A DNA stretch of 63,964 bases, the filler included. It is 10 parts of 10 records of this genome, joined end to end, with 100 filler letters (N's around TTAATTAATTAA, not from the genome) between each part and the next. Parts side by side here need not be neighbours in the genome. Positions count along the whole stretch, not along the records: positions 18,198 to 25,900 come from DRR723986_27084; positions 26,001 to 31,916 come from DRR723986_27094; 8 more parts are not named here. One strand, 5' to 3'. The notes beneath the pieces are model-generated. The model was given only the letters and a program-made list of their open reading frames with translations, was not told where the DNA came from and made no database searches. A program made the position numbers and the translations under genes. Numbering within the stretch: the stretch's first letter is position 1; each line of letters opens with the position of its first letter. Positions 19,530-28,224 of this stretch are shown here, in pieces.

Positions 19530-20066
19530 ATGATTAGCATGGAGTATGTGATGTCGATCTGGAAATCCGTTTTAAGTCACGCCGCCATCGGCGGTCTTGC
19601 CGTGAGCCTGGCTTTGCCGGCCTTCGCCGCTCCGCTGCCACTGCTCAAGACCGCGCCGGTGCCGGTTCAGACGCATTCGGAAGCCCCGGCGAACGTCCTC
19701 AAGGTTGACCACAGAAGAGGTCATAACCCGCATCGTGGATACAACAATCGTAACGGACGCCACTATTACAACGGGCACCGGGGTTACCGGAAATATCGCC
19801 AAGGCTATCGCCAGTATAACGGCTGGTGGTTCCCGCCGGCAGCTTTTGCCTTCGGCTTCGGCGTTGCTCCCGGCCCCCGCTATGCGGCCCCACCACGCTA
19901 CGCAGCTCCCCCGCGCTACGCCGCCCCGCCTCGCTACGGCCGTGGCTACAGCCCCGCGCACTATCAGTGGTGTGGTCAGCGTTATCGGTCTTACCGCCCT
20001 GGCGATAACAGCTTCCAGCCCTATCACGGACCACGCCGTGTATGCGTCTCGCCTTATGGGCCGTGA
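19530..20066 (+). CDS. BA14K family lectin-like secreted protein
   Basis: Signal peptide; C-terminal HYQWCGQRYRSYRPGDNSFQPYHGPRRVC. Confidence 0.88.
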   Translation: MISMEYVMSIWKSVLSHAAIGGLAVSLALPAFAAPLPLLKTAPVPVQTHSEAPANVLKVDHRRGHNPHRGYNNRNGRHYYNGHRGYRKYRQGYRQYNGWWFPPAAFAFGFGVAPGPRYAAPPRYAAPPRYAAPPRYGRGYSPAHYQWCGQRYRSYRPGDNSFQPYHGPRRVCVSPYGP

Positions 20067-20305
20067 TTTAAGCTGACGGCGACAAACATCGAGCCGGTCC
20101 TTTGGGCCGGCTCCTTTCATTTGCCTCAGCCGTCACCCCGAAGGCTTTGAACGCAAACGGCACTGAGATCCGAATGCCGGTAGCTTGCCGGTTCCTTTTT
20201 CCAGCCTTCCGAACATCCGGCTCCTTCCTTGCCGCGATTGACAAGCGCCCGAAAAAACTGCGAGACAGCGGCACATCTTCGACAGCCACGCAAAAGGTGT
20301 AGCCC

Positions 20306-20860
20306 GTGAAAATTTCAGACACCGATATTCTGCTTGTTCCAGGTTACGGTCAGACGCTGCCGGGCCATTGGCTGTTGCGCTGGCGCGACAAGATGCCGAC
20401 GGCCCGAGTCGTGAAACAGGCAGAGCTGCATCGTCCGAGCAAGAAGGAATGGCTGGAAACGCTGGTGAAAGCGGTTGATGCCGCCGAACGGCCCGTTGTG
20501 CTTGTCGCACACTCGCTTGGCTGCATCCTGGTCGCCCATGGTGCCCATGCGCTGAAGGACAAGATTGCCGGCGCCTATCTCGTCGCTCCTTCCGACTGGG
20601 ACCGCGAGGGGCTGGTGGCGGAATTCGATGGCGGGGACTTCAAGCCCATTCCCGAACATCCGTTGCCCTTCCCCGCGCACCTTGTCGCCAGCCGGGACGA
20701 CCCATATTGCGACTACGCTCGTGCCGAGCATTTCGCCAAGGTCTGGGGCACCACCTTCCAGGACGCCGGAGCCGCCGGTCACATCAACCTGGAAAGCGGC
20801 CACGGCCCCTGGCCGGAAGGCATGATGTCCTTTGCCCATTTCATGAAGAAGCTCGGCTGA
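20306..20860 (+). CDS. RBBP9/YdeN family alpha/beta hydrolase
   Basis: VPGY..HW, VAHSLG, ASRDDPY, AGHIN..SGHGPWPEG. Confidence 0.9.
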   Translation: MKISDTDILLVPGYGQTLPGHWLLRWRDKMPTARVVKQAELHRPSKKEWLETLVKAVDAAERPVVLVAHSLGCILVAHGAHALKDKIAGAYLVAPSDWDREGLVAEFDGGDFKPIPEHPLPFPAHLVASRDDPYCDYARAEHFAKVWGTTFQDAGAAGHINLESGHGPWPEGMMSFAHFMKKLG

Positions 20861-20866
20861 CGGCTG

Positions 20867-21082
20867 TCAGGTCCGTGCTGAGGAAGCATCCATCAACGCT
20901 CCGAGGCGCGTGGCCACCCAATAGCTCACCGGAATGGCGATCGCGGCGCCTGTCGCCGCGCCGCCGACCAGCAGCAGAGCATTGAATGTGCCAACACCGT
21001 AGATCGATAACGGAACCAGTGCACCAAGGCCGGCAAGCGTCGGGCCGATGATGATGAACAGGATCATTGCCAGTTTCCACAT
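20867..21082 (-). CDS. Small two-helix membrane protein (conserved alphaproteobacterial hypothetical)
   Basis: 71 aa hydrophobic; IIGPTLAG..AIPVSYWVA; GAGGA-type RBS. Confidence 0.65.
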   Translation of the reverse strand: MWKLAMILFIIIGPTLAGLGALVPLSIYGVGTFNALLLVGGAATGAAIAIPVSYWVATRLGALMDASSART

Positions 21083-21267
21083 GAGGATCTCCCATCGGGA
21101 AAGCGGCGGTTCTCCGTCCTGAGCAACAGCGGCAACAGTGGTTGATTATGAGACATAATCAACTTTGTCGTTGAAGCTCAGAACCGTCGCGGTTTCGATA
21201 CCTGAATACTTTCGCAATATCGAAAGTATGACATTGACCCAGGTCAAGCTTCCGGAAGAAGAGCAAA

Positions 21268-22074
21268 TCAATATCCGGCGGCGGGTCCTGTGCCCTGCTC
21301 CGCCAGCCAGGCCACTTCCTTGAGCGCAGCCCGGGCGGAATGATCAAGAAAGAGCGTGTCGACGCCGTGTGACATCAACCGGAACCCCTGATTATAGGCT
21401 TCCTCGACCTTGTCGGCGTTGAGGCAGAATATCCCGGCAAGTTTCCCGGCCGCGAGCGCCTTTTCCGCAATCTCACCGGCAACTTCGCCGGTATGTGCCC
21501 CGTTCGGATCGAGCGAAGCGCCTTTCGACAACGCAAGGGAAAGATCGCTCGGACCGACAAACACGCCATCAAGACTGTCGACGCTCAGGATCTCGTCCAG
21601 CGCGTCGATCGCGTCCTGGGTTTCGATCATGGCAAAGGCAAGGGTCTGTGCATTGGCGTTTTCGAGATACTGGTCCCGCGTCTGGCCGCTCAGCATGGCT
21701 GCCCGGAACGGCGACCAGCTGCGGTCGCCGATTGGCGGATACTTGACAGCCCGCGCGAAGGTTTCCGCGTCCCGAAGCGAATTGATCATCGGCGCGATGA
21801 TGCAATCGGCCCCCATGTCGATCAGCCGTCCCGCAAGGGCGTTGTCACCGACGGGAATGCGGGCAATGCGGTGCGCCCCGGCAAGAGCAATGGCTGCCAT
21901 CGCCTCGCACGCCGATGCAAAATCATACATGCCGTGCTGAAGATCGAGCGTAACCGCCTCGTATCCCGAGCGCGCAAACAACTCCGGAACCATGGGCGCG
22001 GACAATTGGGACCAGCCGGTAATGACGGCTTTTCCGGAACGCAACTTGTCGGCAAGAAAGGCATTATCTGACAC
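21268..22074 (-). CDS. HpcH/HpaI aldolase family protein
   Basis: DLQHG, KYPPIGDRS, AMIET, FVGPSDL. Confidence 0.9.
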   Translation of the reverse strand: MSDNAFLADKLRSGKAVITGWSQLSAPMVPELFARSGYEAVTLDLQHGMYDFASACEAMAAIALAGAHRIARIPVGDNALAGRLIDMGADCIIAPMINSLRDAETFARAVKYPPIGDRSWSPFRAAMLSGQTRDQYLENANAQTLAFAMIETQDAIDALDEILSVDSLDGVFVGPSDLSLALSKGASLDPNGAHTGEVAGEIAEKALAAGKLAGIFCLNADKVEEAYNQGFRLMSHGVDTLFLDHSARAALKEVAWLAEQGTGPAAGY

Positions 22075-22237
22075 GGGTCGTCTCCTCCGATAGAGGAGGT
22101 ATCAAATCCGTCCGCCGACACAACCGCAAGCGCTGTTTTTGCAATTCTGGGAGCTTGGTTGACGCAAAGGGAGATGGGGATTTTCTTCTTCCAGGCCGGA
22201 AAATCCCCAACTTGCCGATCATCATGCCCGTCAAAAC

Positions 22238-22269
22238 AAAAAAACGCCCGCCGTTTCCGGCGGGCGTTT
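22238..22269 (-). terminator. Rho-independent terminator
   Basis: AAACGCCCGCCG-TTTC-CGGCGGGCGTTT stem with A-tract. Confidence 0.75.
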
Positions 22270-22296
22270 GAAACTGACAATCGAAGAAAGCTTCGA

Positions 22297-22620
22297 TCAG
22301 CCTTCTTTCTGCAACTGGTCGACAGCCGTGTGCATCAGTTCGTCCATGGTGCGGCGAATCTGATGATCGGACTGCTCGACCTTGTTTGCGTCGAAATCTT
22401 CGCGAAGCTTGCGGAAAACGTCTTCCTCGCCCGGCTCTTCGAAATCGGCCCGGACAACTTCCTTGGCGTATTCGTCGGCCTTCTCGCCTTCAAAGCCCAG
22501 AAGACCTGCCGCCCACAAACCCAGCAACTTGTTGCGGCGTGCGGTTGCCTTGAACCGCAGCTCCTCGTCATGCGCAAACTTGTTTTCAAACCCCTGCTCG
22601 CGCTTGTCGAATGTGCTCAT
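22297..22620 (-). CDS. DUF1476 / F1Fo-ATPase inhibitor zeta subunit
   Basis: MSTFDKREQGFENKFAHDEELRFKATARRNKLLGLWAA; AGGAG RBS 9 nt upstream. Confidence 0.88.
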   Translation of the reverse strand: MSTFDKREQGFENKFAHDEELRFKATARRNKLLGLWAAGLLGFEGEKADEYAKEVVRADFEEPGEEDVFRKLREDFDANKVEQSDHQIRRTMDELMHTAVDQLQKEG

Positions 22621-22927
22621 ACTCATCGTCTCCTGAACTGCGCTGATGCACTTCCCCCCATATGGGGCTGATTTGGTCTCTTGCATATCCCCGCAAGCCG
22701 ATCAAATCAACGCAGTACGTACACTCATGCGTCAAAAGCATAACCGCCCTGCGAACTCTCCGGAAACATAAGATTGTACTTTTGCCCGGCTTCGGTTAAG
22801 TTCCGCGCCGCAAAACAGGGCCTGCTGCCTTCAAGCATCGGCCGGTTGACGACAAACGTCCCGGTGGATTTTCAGACAAGGTAAGCATGTTCCGTCAAAG
22901 GTTTCTCTAAAAGATACGGTATAGCCT

Positions 22928-23692
22928 ATGAACCGCCGCCGGCGCATTTACGAAGGTAAGGGCAAGATCCTTTACGAAGGTCCGGAACCGGGAACCCTGG
23001 TTCAGCACTTCAAGGACGACGCAACTGCCTTCAACAACAAGAAACACGAGATTGTTGACGGCAAAGGCGTGCTCAACAACCGGATTTCCGAATATATCTT
23101 CAATCATCTGAATGCCATCGGCATCCCGACTCACTTCATTCGCCGCCTCAACATGCGCGAACAGCTGATCCGGGAAGTCGAGATCATTCCGCTGGAAGTG
23201 GTCGTGCGCAACGTCGCCGCCGGTTCCATCGCCACCCGTCTGGGCCTGGAAGAAGGCACGCAGCTGCCGCGCTCCATCATCGAGTTCTACTACAAGAACG
23301 ATGAGCTCAACGACCCGATGGTCGCCGAAGAACACATCACCGCCTTTGGCTGGGCCACCCCGCAGGAACTGGACGACATGATGGCGCTTGCCATCCGCGT
23401 CAACGATTTCCTGTGCGGCCTGTTCCTGGGTGTTGGCATTCGTCTTGTCGATTTCAAGATCGAATGTGGCCGTCTGTTCGAAGGCGACATGATGCGCATC
23501 GTCGTCGCCGACGAGATTTCCCCGGACAGCTGCCGCCTGTGGGACATCGAGACCAACGACAAGATGGACAAGGACCGCTTCCGCCGCGACATGGGCGGCA
23601 TGCTGGAAGCCTATCAGGAAGTTGCCAAGCGGCTGGGGATCATGATCACCAGCGAACGTCCGGCAGGCTCCGGACCGACCCTGGTCAAGTAA
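22928..23692 (+). CDS. purC: SAICAR synthetase
   Basis: [47 protein letters not shown]. Confidence 0.97.
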   Translation: MNRRRRIYEGKGKILYEGPEPGTLVQHFKDDATAFNNKKHEIVDGKGVLNNRISEYIFNHLNAIGIPTHFIRRLNMREQLIREVEIIPLEVVVRNVAAGSIATRLGLEEGTQLPRSIIEFYYKNDELNDPMVAEEHITAFGWATPQELDDMMALAIRVNDFLCGLFLGVGIRLVDFKIECGRLFEGDMMRIVVADEISPDSCRLWDIETNDKMDKDRFRRDMGGMLEAYQEVAKRLGIMITSERPAGSGPTLVK

Positions 23693-23813
23693 GACGCGCT
23701 GCTGATGCAGTATTGACACAGGCCGGCGCAATCGCCGCTAAGCGCCCTTACGTCAGTATTGCAACCGAAGGTATTGCAAACTATGACGCCCCCTTGTTCA
23801 ACGAGGGGGCGTT

Positions 23814-24353
23814 ATGTCTTTTAGATTTTCTTTCATTTTCAAAGCCGTATCGATTGCACTTCTGTGCGGCTTTCTTGCAGCCTGTCAAACCACGGGCCTG
23901 AAGCCCGGCAGCATATCCTCCAGCTTTGCACCCAAGGGTTGGGCCAGCAAGCAGAACGGCAACAAGGCCGTCTATGTTTGTCTGCCATCCACCTGCAAAT
24001 CGCCTGAAGTTGTCGTTGTGGGTCCGATCGAGGTCAAGGGCGACACGGAATCGGCCATCCGGCAAAACCTGATCTCTGCCGAATTGATGAATGCCGTCGG
24101 CAACATTGCGAACGTGGCCTCGAAGGGGCAGGTCCGTCTCAAAACCAATCGCCGTGTCGTCACCAAATCCTATTCCGGCTTCGACATGACTGCCAGGTAC
24201 CGGACGGACAAAGGCAACGTCTATGTTGCCGCACGCATCATCATTCAAAACGACCGCGGCAGCACCGTTGCCTCCTTTGCGACATCAAGCTCCAGGGCAA
24301 AGACAAATCTCGACCGCTTCCTGAAGCAGACAACGATCAAACGCCTGCCGTAA
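23814..24353 (+). CDS. Hypothetical lipoprotein
   Basis: Signal peptide with LAAC lipobox; 179 aa between purC and purS. Confidence 0.7.
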   Translation: MSFRFSFIFKAVSIALLCGFLAACQTTGLKPGSISSSFAPKGWASKQNGNKAVYVCLPSTCKSPEVVVVGPIEVKGDTESAIRQNLISAELMNAVGNIANVASKGQVRLKTNRRVVTKSYSGFDMTARYRTDKGNVYVAARIIIQNDRGSTVASFATSSSRAKTNLDRFLKQTTIKRLP

Positions 24354-24462
24354 ATCGCAGGTTTTCTGCACACAGGCCTTTCGCAAATGGGGCTCCTCGT
24401 GTATGGGGAGCCCCAAAGTCATTCAACTGCAGAATCTGCAGTCTGCTGCGGGGATCCCAATC

Positions 24463-24702
24463 ATGAAAGCACGTGTGATCGTCACCCTGAAAAACGGTGT
24501 TCTCGATCCTCAGGGAAAAGCCATCGAAGGCGCGCTCGGCGGCCTCGGCTTCGGCGACGTCGGCTCTGTTCGTCAGGGCAAGGTGTTCGATGTCGAACTG
24601 ACCGGCACCGACAAGGAAGCCGCCAAGGCTGAACTGGAGCAGATGTGCGAAAAGCTGCTCGCCAATACCGTCATCGAGAACTACGCGATCGAGATCGCCT
24701 GA
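24463..24702 (+). CDS. purS: FGAM synthase subunit PurS
   Basis: VTLKNGVLDPQGKAI, VRQGK, CEKLLANTVIENY. Confidence 0.95.
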   Translation: MKARVIVTLKNGVLDPQGKAIEGALGGLGFGDVGSVRQGKVFDVELTGTDKEAAKAELEQMCEKLLANTVIENYAIEIA

Positions 24703-24730
24703 CCGAAACTTCGACACCGGGGCACCACCG

Positions 24731-24838
24731 ATGGATGACGATACCCGCACGGCCCTGATCTTCATGGCCACCAAAGCGGCGATATTCATCCTGGTGCCCG
24801 CAATCGCGGCCTTGATAGCCGTACTTGTTCTGCTCTGA
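24731..24838 (+). CDS. 35-aa single-helix membrane protein between purS and purQ
   Basis: Manual ORF MDDDTRTALIFMATKAAIFILVPAIAALIAVLVLL*; fills the purS-purQ gap. Confidence 0.65.
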   Translation: MDDDTRTALIFMATKAAIFILVPAIAALIAVLVLL

Positions 24839-24856
24839 ACCGACTGGATTGCCCAC

Positions 24857-25522
24857 ATGAAAACCGCAGTCATCGTTTTCCCCGGCTCCAACCGCGACCG
24901 TGACATGTTCCACGCCCTGGAACTGATCACCGGCACCAGGCCGCAGAGCGTCTGGCACACGGAAAGCACCCTGCCGGATGTGGATCTTGTGGTTGTTCCC
25001 GGCGGCTTTTCCTACGGCGACTATCTGCGCTCCGGTGCAATTGCAGCCCGCTCCCCGATCCTCAAGGATCTTGTTGCCAAGGCCGACAGCGGCGTCGCCG
25101 TCCTTGGCGTTTGCAACGGCTTCCAGATCCTGACCGAGGCAGGCCTGCTTCCCGGTGCCCTGATGCGCAACGCCGGCCTCACCTTCGTCTGCCGCGAAGT
25201 CCTGATGGAAACGGTCAACACCGCGACGAGGTTTTCCTCGAAGTTCGAAAAAGGCCAGGTCTGGCGTTGCCCGGTTGCCCATCACGACGGTAACTACTTC
25301 GCCGACACTGACACGCTGAAGCAGATCGAAGACAACGGCCAGGTCGTTTTCCGCTATGCGGGCGACACCAACCCGAACGGCTCCATCAACAACATTGCCG
25401 GCATCATGAATGCCAAAGGCAACGTTCTGGGCATGATGCCGCACCCGGAAAACCTGATCGAGCCGCTCAATGGCGGCCTCGACGGGCGCCTCCTGTTCGA
25501 AAGCCTGCTGGAAGCAGCCTGA
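24857..25522 (+). CDS. purQ: FGAM synthase glutaminase subunit PurQ
   Basis: [32 protein letters not shown]. Confidence 0.97.
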   Translation: MKTAVIVFPGSNRDRDMFHALELITGTRPQSVWHTESTLPDVDLVVVPGGFSYGDYLRSGAIAARSPILKDLVAKADSGVAVLGVCNGFQILTEAGLLPGALMRNAGLTFVCREVLMETVNTATRFSSKFEKGQVWRCPVAHHDGNYFADTDTLKQIEDNGQVVFRYAGDTNPNGSINNIAGIMNAKGNVLGMMPHPENLIEPLNGGLDGRLLFESLLEAA

Positions 25523-25541
25523 AGCCATCCGGGAGGCGGAC

Positions 25542-25796
25542 ATGACGGACCTGACACTCGACAAGGACGCCAGAACCCGCCTCGCCTCCGAGATCAAGCA
25601 TTATCTCGAAACAGACCTGGACATCGACATCGGCAACATGGATGCCGAATTGCTGATCGATTTCCTGACGCCATCCCTCGGGGCCAGGTTCTACAACCTC
25701 GGCCTCAAGGACGCCCAAGCGCTGCTCGCCCGCAAGGTCGACGACATCAACGACGAATTCTACGCCCTGGAAAAACCGGTTCAGGATCGCGGTTGA
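25542..25796 (+). CDS. DUF2164 family protein
   Basis: IG..DAELLIDF..LG..FYN.GLKDA pattern; GGAGG RBS. Confidence 0.8.
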   Translation: MTDLTLDKDARTRLASEIKHYLETDLDIDIGNMDAELLIDFLTPSLGARFYNLGLKDAQALLARKVDDINDEFYALEKPVQDRG

Positions 25797-25878
25797 GCTT
25801 TACGGCGATTAGTTGCGCGAATACTCCATCGCAGTCCTCGTTACCCGCGTCCCACGACACAAAAGTCGCCCCTCCCTT

Positions 25879-25900
25879 GTCATCCCCGCGCAGGCGGGGA
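25879..25900. repeat. Alphaproteobacterial REP element start (GTCATCC-tagged)
   Basis: GTCATCCCCGC-GCAG-GCGGGGA hairpin at contig edge. Confidence 0.65.
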
Positions 25901-26000
25901 NNNNNNNNNNNNNNNNNNNNNNNNNNNNNNNNNNNNNNNNNNNNTTAATTAATTAANNNNNNNNNNNNNNNNNNNNNNNNNNNNNNNNNNNNNNNNNNNN
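25901..26000. other. Artificial contig spacer
   Basis: N-run with TTAATTAATTAA. Confidence 0.99.
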
Positions 26001-26044
26001 TACAGCAACGACTTCAACTTGAAGCAGAGGACGAAGCACGCAGA

Positions 26045-26188
26045 CCCCTCTCCCGGGCTGACGCCCGAACTCTCCCAAAGGGCGAGGTGACAGGTAGTTG
26101 CACCGCTTTCCCAGAGGGAGAGGCGACAGGTAGTTGCACCGCTCCGTGAGATGACCGGCAGTGAACCGTGATGCGTCAGCGGCTGGGC
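26045..26188 (+). repeat. Composite REP-like repeat with 36-bp tandem unit; left copy of 74-bp inverted repeat
   Basis: TCCCA.AGGG.GAGG.GACAGGTAGTTGCACCGCT at 26073 and 26109; 26115-26188 matches reverse complement of 31843-31916 at 66/74 nt. Confidence 0.85.
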
Positions 26189-26199
26189 AATAGTCGGAT

Positions 26200-27936
26200 C
26201 TAGACAGGAGCTGCCTCGGCGGTGGCGGTCCAGAGAGGTTCGCCGCGGACGCTTCGCTTGAGCAATTCAGTTGCGGCTTCTGCAGTGATAGGTTTGGAGA
26301 ACAAGAACCCCTGTCCGCGAGAGTAACCGCATTCGATTAGGGAATCGCGCTGCTGGCGTGTTTCGATGCCCTCGGCAACGGTTTCGAGACCAATGCTGGA
26401 GGCAAGTACTTTGATCGTTTCGACGAATAGTCGCGAATAGTCGCTCGAGTCATCCATGGTCTGGACAAAGGATCGGTCGATTTTAACTTCGGTTACTGGC
26501 AATCGATGCAAGTGACTTAGCGACGAATGTCCAGTGCCAAAGTCGTCTACGCTGACTCGAATTCCGACATCGCGCAATGATTTGAGGACGCGTACAGCGT
26601 TGTCAAAGTCGCGAATCGCACCGCTTTCGGTGACTTCGATTGTTAAACGCTCTGGAGCGATGTTGGCACGCTCTACTTGCGAAATCACCTGGCTGGCAAA
26701 TCCGCGTTGATCCAGTTGGATCGGCGAGATATTGAGTGCGACGGAGATGTCGGGCCGGAGATCGCCCCACTGGGCAAGTTGTTTTGTGGCGGTTTCCAGT
26801 ACCCATTGGCCGATTCGGTGAATCACGCCCGTTCGTTCGGCGACTGGGATGAACTTCAATGGAGAAATTGTCTTGCCGTCATGCTGCCACCGCAAGAGAG
26901 CTTCAAAGCCAACGACGCGCTCACTACTGATGTCGACAACGGGCTGGTAAAGCAGCTTGAACTCGTCGCGCTCGACCGCTTTTCGCAACGCCCGTTCAAA
27001 AGACAGACGCTCGAGTGCTTCTTGTTGCATTTGGTCGTCGAACCAAACGTATCGTGATTTGCCTTTACTCTTGGCGGCGAACATGGCCGTATCGGCCTGT
27101 AGTAGCAATTCGTTGTAGTGCTTGTGACTCTCGTTGAGTGCTACTGCGCCCATGCTGAAAGCAGAATAGAGTTCGTTGCCGTCGATATTGATCGGCTGAC
27201 GGAGTTCTGTCGAGACCTTGTCTTCGAACTGCGTTACGTCTTCGTCAGTGGACGCGCCAGCAAGGACGACAACAAATTCATCGCCGCCAAAGCGGGCGAG
27301 CATGTCGTCGGGACCAAGGCATCTTTTTATACGACTAACCAACTCGACCAAGAAGAAATCGCCTACTTCGTGCCCGTGTCCGTCATTAATCAACTTGAAA
27401 TCGTCAATGTCAATGAACAACAAGCAGAACGGGTCGCGCGGGTGGTTGGCCTGGAGCCTACGCTCAAGGGTTTTCATCAACGCGGTGCGATTCGGCAATC
27501 CAGTAAGCGAATCCTTCGAAGCGGCGTCTCTGAGTTGGCTCTGCAGCTTATGACGCTGGAGAGAATTCCGAATAACTCGGTAGAGGATCGCTCCGTCGAC
27601 ATCGTTTTTGCAAACGCAATCGTGAGCGCCTGCCTGAATGGCCTGGCTATAGACATTAATGTCTTCGCAGCCCGTCAATACGATGATTGGCGTGTCCGGC
27701 GACGACTGCTGGACGAGCTGGAAAGCTTCAAATTTTTCGTACTTTGGCAATCCAAGGTCGAGTAGCACCAAGTCTGCGGGAGCTGATTGGAGGTCGACAA
27801 TTGCCTTTTCAATGTCGGTGTACGTATCGATAGACAGATCACCGTAACGCCTTAGGGAGCGTTTAATGATCTGCAAATCGCAGACGTCATCATCGATAGC
27901 AACGATTCGAACCATAAATCCAAACAGTATGGACAA
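26200..27936 (-). CDS. REC-GGDEF-EAL response regulator (c-di-GMP)
   Basis: IDDD / LLDLGLP receiver; DSLTGLPNR, RFGGDEF; FEALLRW, DDFGTGHSS, AEGIET. Confidence 0.95.
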   Translation of the reverse strand: MSILFGFMVRIVAIDDDVCDLQIIKRSLRRYGDLSIDTYTDIEKAIVDLQSAPADLVLLDLGLPKYEKFEAFQLVQQSSPDTPIIVLTGCEDINVYSQAIQAGAHDCVCKNDVDGAILYRVIRNSLQRHKLQSQLRDAASKDSLTGLPNRTALMKTLERRLQANHPRDPFCLLFIDIDDFKLINDGHGHEVGDFFLVELVSRIKRCLGPDDMLARFGGDEFVVVLAGASTDEDVTQFEDKVSTELRQPINIDGNELYSAFSMGAVALNESHKHYNELLLQADTAMFAAKSKGKSRYVWFDDQMQQEALERLSFERALRKAVERDEFKLLYQPVVDISSERVVGFEALLRWQHDGKTISPLKFIPVAERTGVIHRIGQWVLETATKQLAQWGDLRPDISVALNISPIQLDQRGFASQVISQVERANIAPERLTIEVTESGAIRDFDNAVRVLKSLRDVGIRVSVDDFGTGHSSLSHLHRLPVTEVKIDRSFVQTMDDSSDYSRLFVETIKVLASSIGLETVAEGIETRQQRDSLIECGYSRGQGFLFSKPITAEAATELLKRSVRGEPLWTATAEAAPV

Positions 27937-28224
27937 ACCAGCGCATGGGCAGTCGCGCTACTTGAACAGTAAAACCACTGAACGGTAGAATCGGCTTGGT
28001 AGGAAGCGTGCTCAAAACTGTGAGAAACGATTGAAAAGTGGCTGCAAGATGAAGCCGACGAAGCGATCGTAGCGAAGCATATGAAGTTTTCGTTAGTATC
28101 GGTTATGCCGAGAGTGCTTGCGATGCGACAATCGCGCCGGATGCAGTTATAGTTCGCTGATTGCCACGCGATTGAGGGCCAGCGCCGGTTCAGATTTTAC
28201 CAAGGTTCGATTTACCCAATAGGT

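Noticed and set aside
26073..26143. 36-bp periodic repeat considered as a CRISPR remnant
   Set aside because: Only two adjacent copies with no spacer and no cas genes; part of the REP-like element
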